A stretch of DNA of 63,338 nt, filler included, from Vannella sp. (lineage: Eukaryota), in NCBI GenBank assembly GCA_023345925.1. It is 8 parts of 8 records of this genome, joined end to end, with 100 filler letters (N's around TTAATTAATTAA, not from the genome) between each part and the next. Parts side by side here need not be neighbours in the genome. Positions count along the whole stretch, not along the records: positions 45,250 to 52,764 come from JAJQQN010001372.1; positions 52,865 to 60,972 come from JAJQQN010000676.1; 6 more parts are not named here. The stretch is one strand, 5' to 3'. The translations under genes and the position numbers were made by a program. Below the pieces are notes generated by a model. The model saw nothing but the letters and a program-made list of their open reading frames with translations, was not told the DNA's origin and did not search any database. Below, piece by piece: positions 50,294-60,969 of the stretch (the first letter of the stretch is position 1; each line of letters opens with the position of its first letter).

Positions 50294-52748
50294 ATGGCCC
50301 AAGTCGAGTGGGACGGCGGTACCGGCTGGAAGTTGCCAGTGCTGCAGGCTATCTTGGATGAGGACCCCGAGAAGCTCAACCAGGTGAGCTCCTTTCCACA
50401 GTCCAGGAGGAAATCAAACCAAAGCGAAACGGCTCTTTTCTAGTATGTGAGTGAACGGAAGCACTTTTGGAGAGCTTCTCACTGTAAACACTTTGTTACT
50501 AGCATGTTAGTGTCTTTTCTACTTGTCAGACGGGGCTCAGTTGCAGGGAGGATGACATCTGAACGTTCGGACCTTCCTTTAGCAAGTAAGTGAAAGGAAA
50601 CCTTCTTTGAGCTCACAGCCATTACAGGAAGTAAGCGAACCCGTTCTCCTTGATAAGACAATGCATGGTCTCATCAAAAGGGCCTCTCGTTCAGTTTGTA
50701 AGGGAATCTCCAATCTTTTGGTGCGATGCTGACTCTTTTCTCGCAGAAGGTAAGCAGGAGGACTTATGATGCCTGATACAGTCTAGCATACTAACAAGGA
50801 CAACATTGGCCGTTAGTTTGGAGTGCGTTGCTGGGGAAGAAGACACTCCTGCAGGAGAACTGACAGTTATTTAGAGTGTAAGTTGCTCGCTACATTCAGG
50901 AAGAGGTGGAAGGCGGACATTCTTCTCCAAACCCTATATTTGGGAGAGCCCTCACCAGACTGCTTTAGAGTGTGAGTGGCCGATCGCGGAAAAGGATGAA
51001 GCATCACTTACTGAAGACGCAATGAAGTCTGTGAGTAGTTTCGCTGTTTGAAGAGGATTTAATCGTTGCGGTCAAAGAGAGTAAGAGGTCCAAGCTGTGG
51101 GATCATCAGAGGCCCTCATCTAATCTGAATTCAGCATGTAGGTTTTGCCCATCCGGAAACGTGCACGATACCAACCAAGTTCATTTACAGTGGGTAAGTC
51201 ATTCTCTAAAGTGAAGAAGATGCTCAACTCTCGAAGACATTCCTTGGATTGGCAGCTGCCACAGGGAACGCTGAATTCGTTAGATATTTGCTTTCTCGAC
51301 GAACCATCAACATTCATGAGGGAGTCCGTTCTTTTTTGGAGAAGGAATACACTCTGACTTGGGTCATTCTAATTTTTAGTGTGTGAGTTATGTTGCAACA
51401 ACTTTGGGTGAATGCAATACTTACCGGCCGCTTTTAGCAAGTAAGAAACAAATCCTGAGAGATTCCGTGGAGCACAGGCCTTACCAGGGGACCATTTAGG
51501 CTGTAAGTGATTATTAGAGTCATCTGGAAAGGAGAGGAATTAACTGGATCGCAAAGGTTGTAAGAAGGGATCCTCTCGAGATGAATCAGGCCTCAACGTT
51601 TGGGATTGATTAGCTTGTAAGTATTTGATTTCAGCAAGACCCCTCTGACCATGCCCTTCAGAGGGTGGGTAAATCATTTGGTGAACTTTGGGATCTTACT
51701 CACGAATGGCGTGGTAATCAGGATGTGAGTTCTTAAATTTTAAAAAGACTTAGCAGGGGCTAACAGCCACAATCACTGTAGGTGGTAAGTGAATGGAGGG
51801 GAGGCGCGAGTGCCAAGATATCAGAGCAAAGTAATCTCACTTCATTGGACTTGCAGGGAGTAAGTGGTTCTAAAGATGCAATGTGAAAATGTGCCTAATC
51901 AGCATCTCCCAGTCCGTAAGTTTCGAGGAAGGTGGATTTGAAGCTCTGCTGATTTATTCCTTCTGTAGGAGGTAAGGGGCACCTTATAACTTTGAATCAC
52001 TCCGCCAACGTCCTCAATTAGGCTGTACGTAAACCAAATACCAACCGAATGATCTGAATGGAATGGGAAATAGCTGGCATTTGACTTGAGCGCGAACCTC
52101 CAGATCAGGACGATGCTCAAAAATGCGGGTGGTAGGCCTCGTTTCTACCCACCCCGTGACTATGATTATTGCTTCAAGATCAAGATCGTTGGGGACAGCG
52201 GAACTGGCAAATCCTGTTTGATTCGTCGATTTGTGGATGATTACTTCAATTGGGAATATTTCCAAATTGATCAGGGCTTTCTCAGTAAGACTATCGTAGT
52301 TGGAGGTAAGTCCATTAAGCTTCAGATTTGGGATCACAAAGAAGAGCGCTTTCGCCTCGGCCCAAGCCCCTACAGCGGGGCACATGCAGTCATCCTTTTG
52401 TACGATGTTACAGATCCTGCTTCCTTTGCGAATCTCAAGCAGTGGCTCTTTGATGTTGAGAGAAACGCCAGTGAGAATGTGACCAAGCTGATCGTTGGAA
52501 ACAAGTGCGACCTGACCATTAAAAAGGTCATCCACTTGGACACTGCAAAGCAATTCGCTGCAGAGCGTGAGATTCCTTTCTTTGAAATCTCTGCCAGGAC
52601 TTCAGTCTATGTCGAGGAAGCATTCACTTTTCTGGTCACCAAGATTCTTGAGAGACTGACTGTACCAAACCAAATCAATCAGATTGATAGCCCTTTCAGG
52701 CTTCAAGTTGAGGGCAAGAAGCGCAAGAGCAAGTGCAAGTTACAGTAG
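50294..52748 (+). CDS. Ankyrin-repeat + Rab1-like GTPase-domain protein encoded by 28 exons, 25 of them microexons (309 aa if all are included)
   Basis: Exon 50294-50383 MAQVEWDGGTGWKLPVLQAILDEDPEKLNQ; microexons YHQEFK(FG)SSSRHW; exon 51237-51323 TFLGLAAATGNAEFVRYLLSRRTINIHEG (ankyrin); microexons CQAVLRDVGSEA; exon 52074-52748 LAFDLSANLQIRTML + Rab domain + CKLQ; all 27 introns GT-AG and phase 0. Confidence 0.88.
50384..51236 (+). other. Microexon array 1 (13 microexons, 14 introns)
   Basis: AG|exon|GT at 50444 TAT, 50503 CAT, 50583 CAA, 50628 GAA, 50695 TTT, 50747 AAG, 50817 TTTGGA, 50875 AGT, 50969 AGT, 51028 TCT, 51078 AGA, 51135 CAT, 51191 TGG. Confidence 0.88.
51324..52073 (+). other. 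Microexon array 2 (12 single-codon exons, 13 introns)
   Basis: AG|exon|GT at 51380 TGT, 51438 CAA, 51500 GCT, 51557 GTT, 51614 CTT, 51662 AGG, 51722 GAT, 51782 GTG, 51857 GGA, 51913 TCC, 51969 GAG, 52022 GCT. Confidence 0.9.
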
Positions 52749-53251
52749 ACGAGGGTTGATCCCANNNNNNNNNNNNNNNNNNNNNNNNNNNNNNNNNNNN
52801 NNNNNNNNTTAATTAATTAANNNNNNNNNNNNNNNNNNNNNNNNNNNNNNNNNNNNNNNNNNNNCTCGTGACTTCTCTCTAACTCCTCCTCAAGTCTCTC
52901 TGACGTGTTGAATATCCACTGCAGTGACCTGAAGACGGTGGATGGGGGCAATGCAACACGTATCTGGACTGTAACAAAGAGCTTGTATTCCATCAGGGAC
53001 GAATCCCATTTCAGAAGAAACGTACTGCTCTCGAATGGGAGAACGATGAGAGAATTCTCTGCCGCGCTAAACTGCGAATCCAGAAGGACGCCTTCCTTTA
53101 TGACAACACCTGGGTGTCCAACTGTCTTCTCAGGTTGCCAGGTTCCACGGAGAAAAGTCCACAAATCGCAATGAGAGTGAAAGAGTTCAAAATTTTCCTG
53201 GAATTACAAAAACTTACTCACGGATAGTTTACTCTTTCTTTGCCCCCAGGG

Positions 53252-54162
53252 ATGGAAGGTTGGAACAGGTGAGCCTTCTGTTTGTTCCTTGTTCTGCATC
53301 TCATCTCAGCAGGAACGTGTTACGACTTGGACCGTGGGGGAGATCCCGTGAACCAGGAGTTCGTCTTGAAGCACTCACCCGAGGACGATCTGGTGGATAC
53401 ACCCCGGGTGTTAGAGCAATGAAAGAGCGTGCACGTCGGTTACAGAAAGAGAACGCAGATCTCCGACGTCGCTTCTTGCTCTGCTGCCAACGCCCTCCCC
53501 CTGCTGAGCCACTTTCGGCGGAGCTCCCGTTGATGGAGAGGTACAACTTCTTGGTGCGAGAGAACTATCGATTGCGTAAAGAGATAACGAGACTGGAGGG
53601 CAAGGTCGGCACTCTCGAGCAGAAAGTTGCTGCACAAGCTGTCGATCTGGCTGCACAAGCTGTCGATCTGGCTGCAATCAAGAAGATAGTTACTGACCTC
53701 AAGCGGTCTCAAGACCGATTCCAAGCAATTCGCAGCGTTGCGGATATGATGAGAATGTTCTCTCAAAACTTCTTTGTCACACCGTATGGCTCATTCTTTG
53801 AACATTTCTCCGTGAGATGGAAGCAGATCAAAGAGGGAGATGATAGTGATGATGATGATACCACGGATGGAGAAATCCCTCCGGGGTTCGAACAAGAGGT
53901 GAAGCTTCTTTTGAAGAACTTCACCTCACTGGACGAGTCTTGGTCTTCCGATATAACACTGCTTATGGCGATGGAGTATGAGCGCAATCTGGCAAGCCAT
54001 GACGTTCAAATCCGCTCCGTCAAAGCTCAAAAAAAGTTTGTCGAGAACTTCAAGGTTGATGAACTTTGCCTTGAACACGAGGAACGAGAGGCTGTGTCCC
54101 GAGCACTGCAAAAACTCAAACAACTCCCTAATTTCAAACGACTTAAAGAACCATCATTCTGA
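53252..54162 (+). CDS. Uncharacterised coiled-coil protein
   Basis: Long ORF with heptad pattern; probable short first exon MEGWNR plus intron. Confidence 0.5.
53629..53676 (+). repeat. Perfect 21-bp tandem duplication (GCTGCACAAGCTGTCGATCTG x2, one heptad AAQAVDL)
   Basis: Direct inspection. Confidence 0.9.
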
Positions 54163-55300
54163 GCAACGAGAGTTTTGGCCAGTTCCTAATGATGGAAGCA
54201 GGAACGGCACCTCTGGATTTGCTCGGCCTTGTTGTGTGAAAAGCGTCTGCCCAACTGCCATAATCCTTCGTTTCGCCTTTTTGAAGCCATTCGTCTCCAT
54301 CTGGGTAAATCCAAGAGACTCTCAATCCATACGGTAATAAGTGTATCCTCCTCTCTGCAGCATCTGTCCATCCATACCGTTGAATTGGCGGTTTCCTTTG
54401 CTTCAAAGGAGGCTGATGAGAGCTTAACGCTTGTCGTCAAGGATAAAATTTCAGCTTTGGGGATTCGTTTGAGATGGAAGATGGCATTTCAATTCCTTAT
54501 GAAGAAGAATCATCAGTTGGTGAAGATACTTGACCTGTGAGTTGATATTGATCATGTAAGGGTCCCTATGGATGATTTTTTCCAACGCTTCCTTTGTTGT
54601 GATGCCACTGAACGAGGGCCCTAGCTTGAAGAGAAACGCATCTAGAAAGCTTGATTGGACCAAAAATAGTCGCCTTGATGGATCCTTTAGATAGCTCCAT
54701 AACGGATATCTGTTGCATTGGCACTCCACTGCATTCGGAAAGAAAGTGTCTATTTTTCAGTTGAAACTTCCTCTGCCTCTCTGGATCCAAATTCGGACTT
54801 ATTGAAGTCTTCGCCTAAGACAAGTACGATTGAAACGACTTAAGGAACGGAAAGCATCGATAGATGGAATGAATTCCAAAACTCCAATACGCTTTTTAAG
54901 AAGCCAATAACGTCCGTGCGCATGTCGTCAGTCCAGTCTTTTGTTGGGAAGGGGCGTACACAACAAGCTTTTCGCCGATTCCTAAGAGCACAATCAGGAA
55001 CAGGACACCAAGTACTCTGTGGACGACCCACGTCTTCCGCAACTCACCTTGGCTCTGTCTTTGAAGTCGGACCAGAAGTGCTGAATAGGGTGAGCCAGAG
55101 AGGTCACCTTGAGTGCTTTCTTTCACTCACGTATGCTCTCAAGCTCCTCTTCGAACAAAGCGTCAAAGTTGAGGAGAGCGAGATGATCGATGACTCGCCT
55201 GATGCACAGGTGTACCCCGTGCGGAAGCCTGCATCTTTCAGTGCCATTCGCGCCAAAGTGCGATGCAGTTCCCCCAAGGCCGACTCGTGAATGAAAAGGG

Positions 55301-55324
55301 TGGATGGATGGATGGATGGATGGA
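55301..55324 (+). repeat. (TGGA)6 microsatellite
   Basis: Direct inspection. Confidence 0.9.
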
Positions 55325-55565
55325 TTGTTTATGGCGCGCCGTGAAGCAAAGTGTGAAAGTAAGCAAGCATCTCACTCAATCGCGGTGTCAAGTTCGGGCA
55401 AGTATCATTGCCCCTTCGCAATACTATGGAAGTCTCATTGCTCCACACCACGACAGCTCCTTTAGTAGTTTGGTCGGTATGCATAAGGATTAGGCCCCCC
55501 AGGACGGAAAGAATAATAAATCTGTCTCGCCGGTCAGTGGCATTAATTAAAAATGCATTCATTGG

Positions 55566-56627
55566 ATGCCTTTCGGCTGTCACACGCTCCTCCTCTCCCT
55601 CGAAGGAGGCCTTTGGGCTTTTGGAAAGAACGGCAAGGGCCAACTCGGTCTTGGTCACAAGAGAGACGTAGCTCAACCAGAGGAGGTCCCATGGAATGGC
55701 CCTCTGCCAGTTCAGCTGGATTGGGGATACCAACACTCCATCATTCTGGATGAGGAGGGTGGAGTGTGGGACGCTGGCTTGTCACGATCAACGCCCTCTC
55801 CAAAGTTCCAGCGCTTGCTAGATCTGCCCTGTATCGTGATGATTGCAGCTGGAGTGTCTCATAGTGCTGCTATCGACATCGACGGCAGTCTTTGGGTCTG
55901 GACAAGCGAGACTGATCTCTCTTGGGCTAGTTCTCTTCCGCAACGAGTGCAAGGCCTTCCTCCAGTCCTCAAGGTGGCCTGTGGTGAGAAATTTTTCGTG
56001 GCCGAAGCTGAGGAAGGCCTCTGGGTCTTGGGTAGTAACTCCAAAGGGCAACTGGGTCTCGGGCACACTGACGACGCTCTCCTACCCACCCTCGTCCTGT
56101 TGGAGGAACGAGCTGAGGGACCACTCCGAGGCCTGGCAACCCTTTGCTCCGTAGTGATTCTCATCGACTCCCAAGGAGCAGTGTTCTCTGTTGGAAGCAA
56201 CTCCCGTGACCAACTAGGACGCTGTTCTGGAGACTTCTCGAAGCTACAGAGGATTAATGACCTCCCTCCAATGCTTGCAGCGTCCTGCGGATGGTGGCAC
56301 ACTCTCACTCTGGATGAGGACGGCGGCGTCTGGGGTTGGGGATGGGGTCTATACGGTCAATTAGGGACGGGATCCTCTTTGAATCTGCCTCAGCCTGCTT
56401 TGGTTCCGTTCTTGGAAGGGACAAGCGGTCTCGTAGCGGGCGGGCTTCATTCTTTGGCGTTCTCTCAGAAAGGCGGCCTGCTGGTCTTCGGATTCAACAG
56501 TAGCGGACAGCTGGGACTCCACCACACGAATGGTCAAATCACTCCCACTCCCCTGGTTTCTACTTTCGAGCCCGCTCTCCCTCATTGTTTCACTCGCAGC
56601 AGAAAGAAGAGTGCTAGCTTCCTTTAA
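55566..56627 (+). CDS. RCC1-repeat beta-propeller protein
   Basis: Repeated G.N..GQLGLG and AAG..HS/HT motifs; intronless. Confidence 0.88.
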   Translation: MPFGCHTLLLSLEGGLWAFGKNGKGQLGLGHKRDVAQPEEVPWNGPLPVQLDWGYQHSIILDEEGGVWDAGLSRSTPSPKFQRLLDLPCIVMIAAGVSHSAAIDIDGSLWVWTSETDLSWASSLPQRVQGLPPVLKVACGEKFFVAEAEEGLWVLGSNSKGQLGLGHTDDALLPTLVLLEERAEGPLRGLATLCSVVILIDSQGAVFSVGSNSRDQLGRCSGDFSKLQRINDLPPMLAASCGWWHTLTLDEDGGVWGWGWGLYGQLGTGSSLNLPQPALVPFLEGTSGLVAGGLHSLAFSQKGGLLVFGFNSSGQLGLHHTNGQITPTPLVSTFEPALPHCFTRSRKKSASFL

Positions 56628-56998
56628 CGCACTTTGCATTAATAAAGCTTGGCTGACTCTGCAATGCCATTCTCTTTGTTGCCAGACTTCCACTCGACAG
56701 CGAGATTCAGATACTCCCAGAGATTGGCTTTTTCTCATCCTCCTTATTCGTCCCACTTTCATCCCAAGGGATTCTGTTTCGACACAGCTTCAGCCCTCTC
56801 CTTGTCTCCAAGGATAAGCACTCCCAAAGCACACAACCTCCGCTTGGGATTTTAGTGCCGGATGGTCATTGCCGATCAACAAGGATTCAAGCTGTCACAG
56901 GCCTGCACCACTATTTAACTAACTTTAATTCCAGGAAATAATAAAGAGTGTTGCATTTCAGGCGATTCTGATCATTTTGAGTTCTCCACAGGCGGAAC

Positions 56999-57692
56999 AT
57001 GTCGTTGGCAACGAAAAGGCTTACTGCAGAGCGTAAACAGTGGAGAAAGGATCACCCTCACGTAGGCATCGGGTGTGCCCTTCGCTTATCACTCACCCGC
57101 CACTTTCACAGGCGTTCTTCGCTCGACCAGACAAACTTCCGACTGGGGGACTTGATATGCTCGTTTGGAAGTGCGGCATCCCTGGCAAGGCTGGTGTAAG
57201 CGCAGCTCCGCGTGAATGAAGTGAGCCAAAGATTACATGACTAACCATTCCCGCCAGACACTGTGGGAAGGCGGGATCTTCCCCCTTACGTGCACCTTCT
57301 CGGAGGAGTACCCAAGTAAACCCCCCAAATGTGAGTTCTAGCCTTCAGTAGCGGCCTTTGGTCGCAGAAGGGCTTCCCTGATCCTCCTCAGGCCAATTTC
57401 CCGCAGGCTTCTTCCACCCCAACATCTACCCCTCAGGCACTGTTTGCCTAAGTATCCTGAACGAAGACGATGGCTGGAAGCCCTCCATCACAATCAAACA
57501 GGTACGAGCTCTCCCCCTGAAGAAGATCCCCTCCAACACCCTTAACAGATCCTCGTCGGCGTCCAAGCTCTCCTCGACCAACCCAACGCTGCAGATCCCG
57601 CTCAAGCAGAGGCTTACACCATGTTCCTTCAAAACCGACCACTCTACAACAAGAAGATCAAAGAACAAGCTGCCAAGTTCACGGCAGCTTGA
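56999..57692 (+). CDS. UBC9: SUMO-conjugating enzyme Ubc9
   Basis: [45 protein letters not shown]; 4 introns. Confidence 0.95.
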
Positions 57693-57803
57693 GGATCCCT
57701 CCTTTGGTCCTACTCATCGTTTTGCTTGATAAAATGCCACGTGGGAGCCTCGTTAGCGGAGGAGGAGGGTTTTCAGTGTTTGGGAGGCCCCGCCGCGTGG
57801 CAG

Positions 57804-60800
57804 ATGGAGCGACCATGCAGTGTGGTTCTCTCCACCTTTGAGGACAACAGCAATGTACCGAAGATTCAGGATCTTAAGAAGAACTTGGAGTTTGGCGACG
57901 ATCTTCAGAAGATTGAGGCGCTGAAGCAAGCCATCTCGCTCATGTTGGCGGGGGAGAAGCTGCCACAGCTTCTGATGACCATCATCCGCTTTGTTTTGAC
58001 TACAAGGAACCACATTATCAAGAAGTTACTTCTTCTGTACTGGGAAGTCGTTGACATGGTCGGTCCTGACGGACAACTTCTGCCTGAGATGATTCTTGTT
58101 TGGTAGGTCCTCTTTCTTCGTCCTATCTGGCTGTATGCCTATCTCTCCTCCTACTGGTGTAGTGGCACCTATTTTATGTAATTTTGCCTGACTGGGTGCC
58201 CTTTGGGCCTGCAGCAACGCCCTTCGTACAGACTTGATTCACCCTAACGAGTACGTGCGTGGTTCAACCCTCCGTTTCATCTGCAAGGTGAAGGTGGCGG
58301 AGTTATTAGAGCCTTTGGTGCCTTCCATCACCAAGAACCTCGAGCACAGGTACCGTTAACTCGTTTGCCATCTAGCTCCGCTGACTCCCTGATCAGACAC
58401 TCTTATGTCCGCCGCAACGCAGTACTGGCTGTCCAAAGCGTCTTCCTGAAGATGCCACAGCTGTGCCCAGACGCACCTGAGCTGGTGTACGAGTTTTTGA
58501 AGACAGTGAGCCACCTACCGCGAAGAGGACTCCAAAAGGGTCGCAACTGACAAGCTGAATAGGAAGAGGACGCATCTTGCAAGAGGAACGGCATCTTGAT
58601 GCTCTTTGCCACTTCTCCAGAACGGGCCATCCGCTACTTGAACGAGAGCCTTGCCCTTATTCCTTCATGGGGTGAGGTCCTGCAGTGCGCTGCAGTTGAG
58701 GTGATCCGCCGACATACCCGCGAGGGAATCAATGACACCCAAAAGTCGCGTTATGTTCGAGCTGTGCTTGAGCTTCTCAAGGGACAGCAGCCTACCGTGC
58801 AGTACGAAGCAGCGTGTGCTCTCTTGGAGCTATCATCATCGCCCATCTGTGCAAAGGCAGCTGCATCTACCTTCATCGAGATCCTTTGCACGGTAAGCTG
58901 CTCACCAATCACGCGCACGTCTCTCACCCCCTACACAGCAAAGTGACAACAACATCAAGTTCGTCATCTTGGATAAGCTCGCCTCGATCAAAAAGCGCCA
59001 AGTGAAGGTGCTGCAGGAGCTTCTCATGGACATTCTCCGTGCTTTGGCGTGTCCCACCATCGATATCCGCCGAAAGACCCTCGATCTGGCGATGGAGTTG
59101 GTCAATCCACGCAACATTGATAGTGTCATTGCCCTCTTGCAAAAGGAAATCACCAAGACGCAGACAGAGGACATTGATCAAGGCGCAGAGTATCGCAAGA
59201 TTCTCATCAAAGCGATCCATAACTGCGCTCTCAAGTTCCCAGACGTTGCGAGCAAGGTTGTCCACGCCTTGATGGAGCATCTCGGTGATGGGGACGCTGC
59301 TTCTGCTGTGAGTGTCATCACTTTTGTGAGCGAGGTGGTTGTGACCTATCCCGATCAACGCGAAGAGATCATGCAAAGACTGTTGCGTTCTCTTGGTGAT
59401 ATCAAGAGCTCTGCAGTCCTTCGCATTGCCTTATGGCTCGTGGGAGAGTACGCAGAGTCCGTTCAGGATCTTGATCTTTCCTTCACAGAAATCAAGAAAC
59501 AGTTAGGCCGCATGCCCTTCTACACTCCAGTAGAGGGTGAAGCGGAGGCTGAGAACGTCGTCGTCCCTGATGCTCCGGCTAAACAGGCTCCCAAGGCTAA
59601 CCGCGTGCTTGCTGATGGAACTTATGCCACACAGTCAGCCTATGTCGAAGATTCAACGACCACCACGGCAACGAAAAAATCAGGAAGTGGCTCCTTCCTG
59701 CGAGACGAGATCTTGAAGGGAGAATTTGCCATTGCCTCCATTGCTATTCGCACGCTAACTAAGATTGCGCTGAAGCTAAAGGACTCTCAAGTCAAAGATA
59801 GCATCAAGAATGGTGTCACTGCAGAAGTGATTTACATCGCTGCATGTCTCTTGCAGTACCTCGACTTGCCAGAGCAGCACAAGGAGCCTGTGGCCGTCAG
59901 TTCTTCCCGGGAGGACACAGTCCAGCTGATCAACATTCTACTCGATCCCAATCCACTTGTAATGTGAGTGAAACCAAAGGATTTCTCAGCTTCATCGAAC
60001 TGTTGCTAATACTGTCCTATCAGAGAGTCCATGGTCAGGGAATCTCGAGCAGCACACAAGCAGCAACTGGCAGAGTACAATAGCTACATGAGCCTAGAGC
60101 CTGAGAAGAAGGCAGTTGATGTCCAGGCTGACGACAAACTGTCCATCCGCTTACTCCAAGGATCGAAGTTCGGACAGGTTGCTGTGGAAGATGACGCCAT
60201 GGAAGATCTGATGAAAGCTACGGGAGCTGCTGAACGAGACACAGAAGTTGGAGCGTTGAGCCGTGTTTATCAACTAACTGGCTTCTCTGATCCCCTCTAT
60301 GCAGAGTGCTATATCAACTCTCATAAGTACGACATTGTGTTGGAGGTTTTGGTCATCAACAGAACCAAGGAGACCCTTCAAAATGTGGGTTTGGAGCTCT
60401 CAACTGTGGGCGATCTTTCTATCACCAAGCGGGCCACCTTACAGACGCACACACTCGCTCCTCTTGGAAAGGTTTGGATTCGCACAGACGTGAAAGTTTC
60501 CTCCACGGAGACAGGCATGATTTATGGTAATCTGGTGTATGATGTTGCGGGTTCTGCTGTGTCAGACAAGAACTGTGTTGTGCTCAATAACATCCGCGTG
60601 GACATCATTGACTACATCGAGCCAGCCACCTGCTCTGACGCCCAATACCGTGCCATGTGGTACGAGTTTGAGTGGGAGAACAAAGTCCCAGTCAGTGCCA
60701 AGTTCGGGTCCGTGTTTGAGTTCTTGGAGGAGATTGTGCGCGCCACTAACATGAAGTGTCTTACTCCTGCTTCGGCCATGCAAGGCAACTGTCGATTCCT

Positions 60801-60969
60801 TGCTGCCAACCTTTACGCTCGGTCTGTATTCGGAGAGGACGCTTTGGCCAACATGAGCATCGAACAGCTTGAAACAGGAGAGATCTCTGGTTACATTCGC
60901 ATCCGCAGCAAGACTCAAGGCATCGCTCTCTCTTTGGGTGACAAGATTGCACAACGTTCTCAACCTTGA
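57804..60969 (+). CDS. COPB1: Coatomer subunit beta
   Basis: [71 protein letters not shown]. Confidence 0.96.

Noticed and set aside
50384..52073. CRISPR-like or tandem-repeat reading of the ~57-nt periodicity
   Set aside because: The only recurring elements are splice signals (GTRAG, branch point, YAG/AAG); there is no conserved repeat unit and no cas genes
52086..52748. Stand-alone Rab GTPase ORF from the ORF track
   Set aside because: It starts at TTG and is the last exon (acceptor at 52073) of the ankyrin-microexon gene
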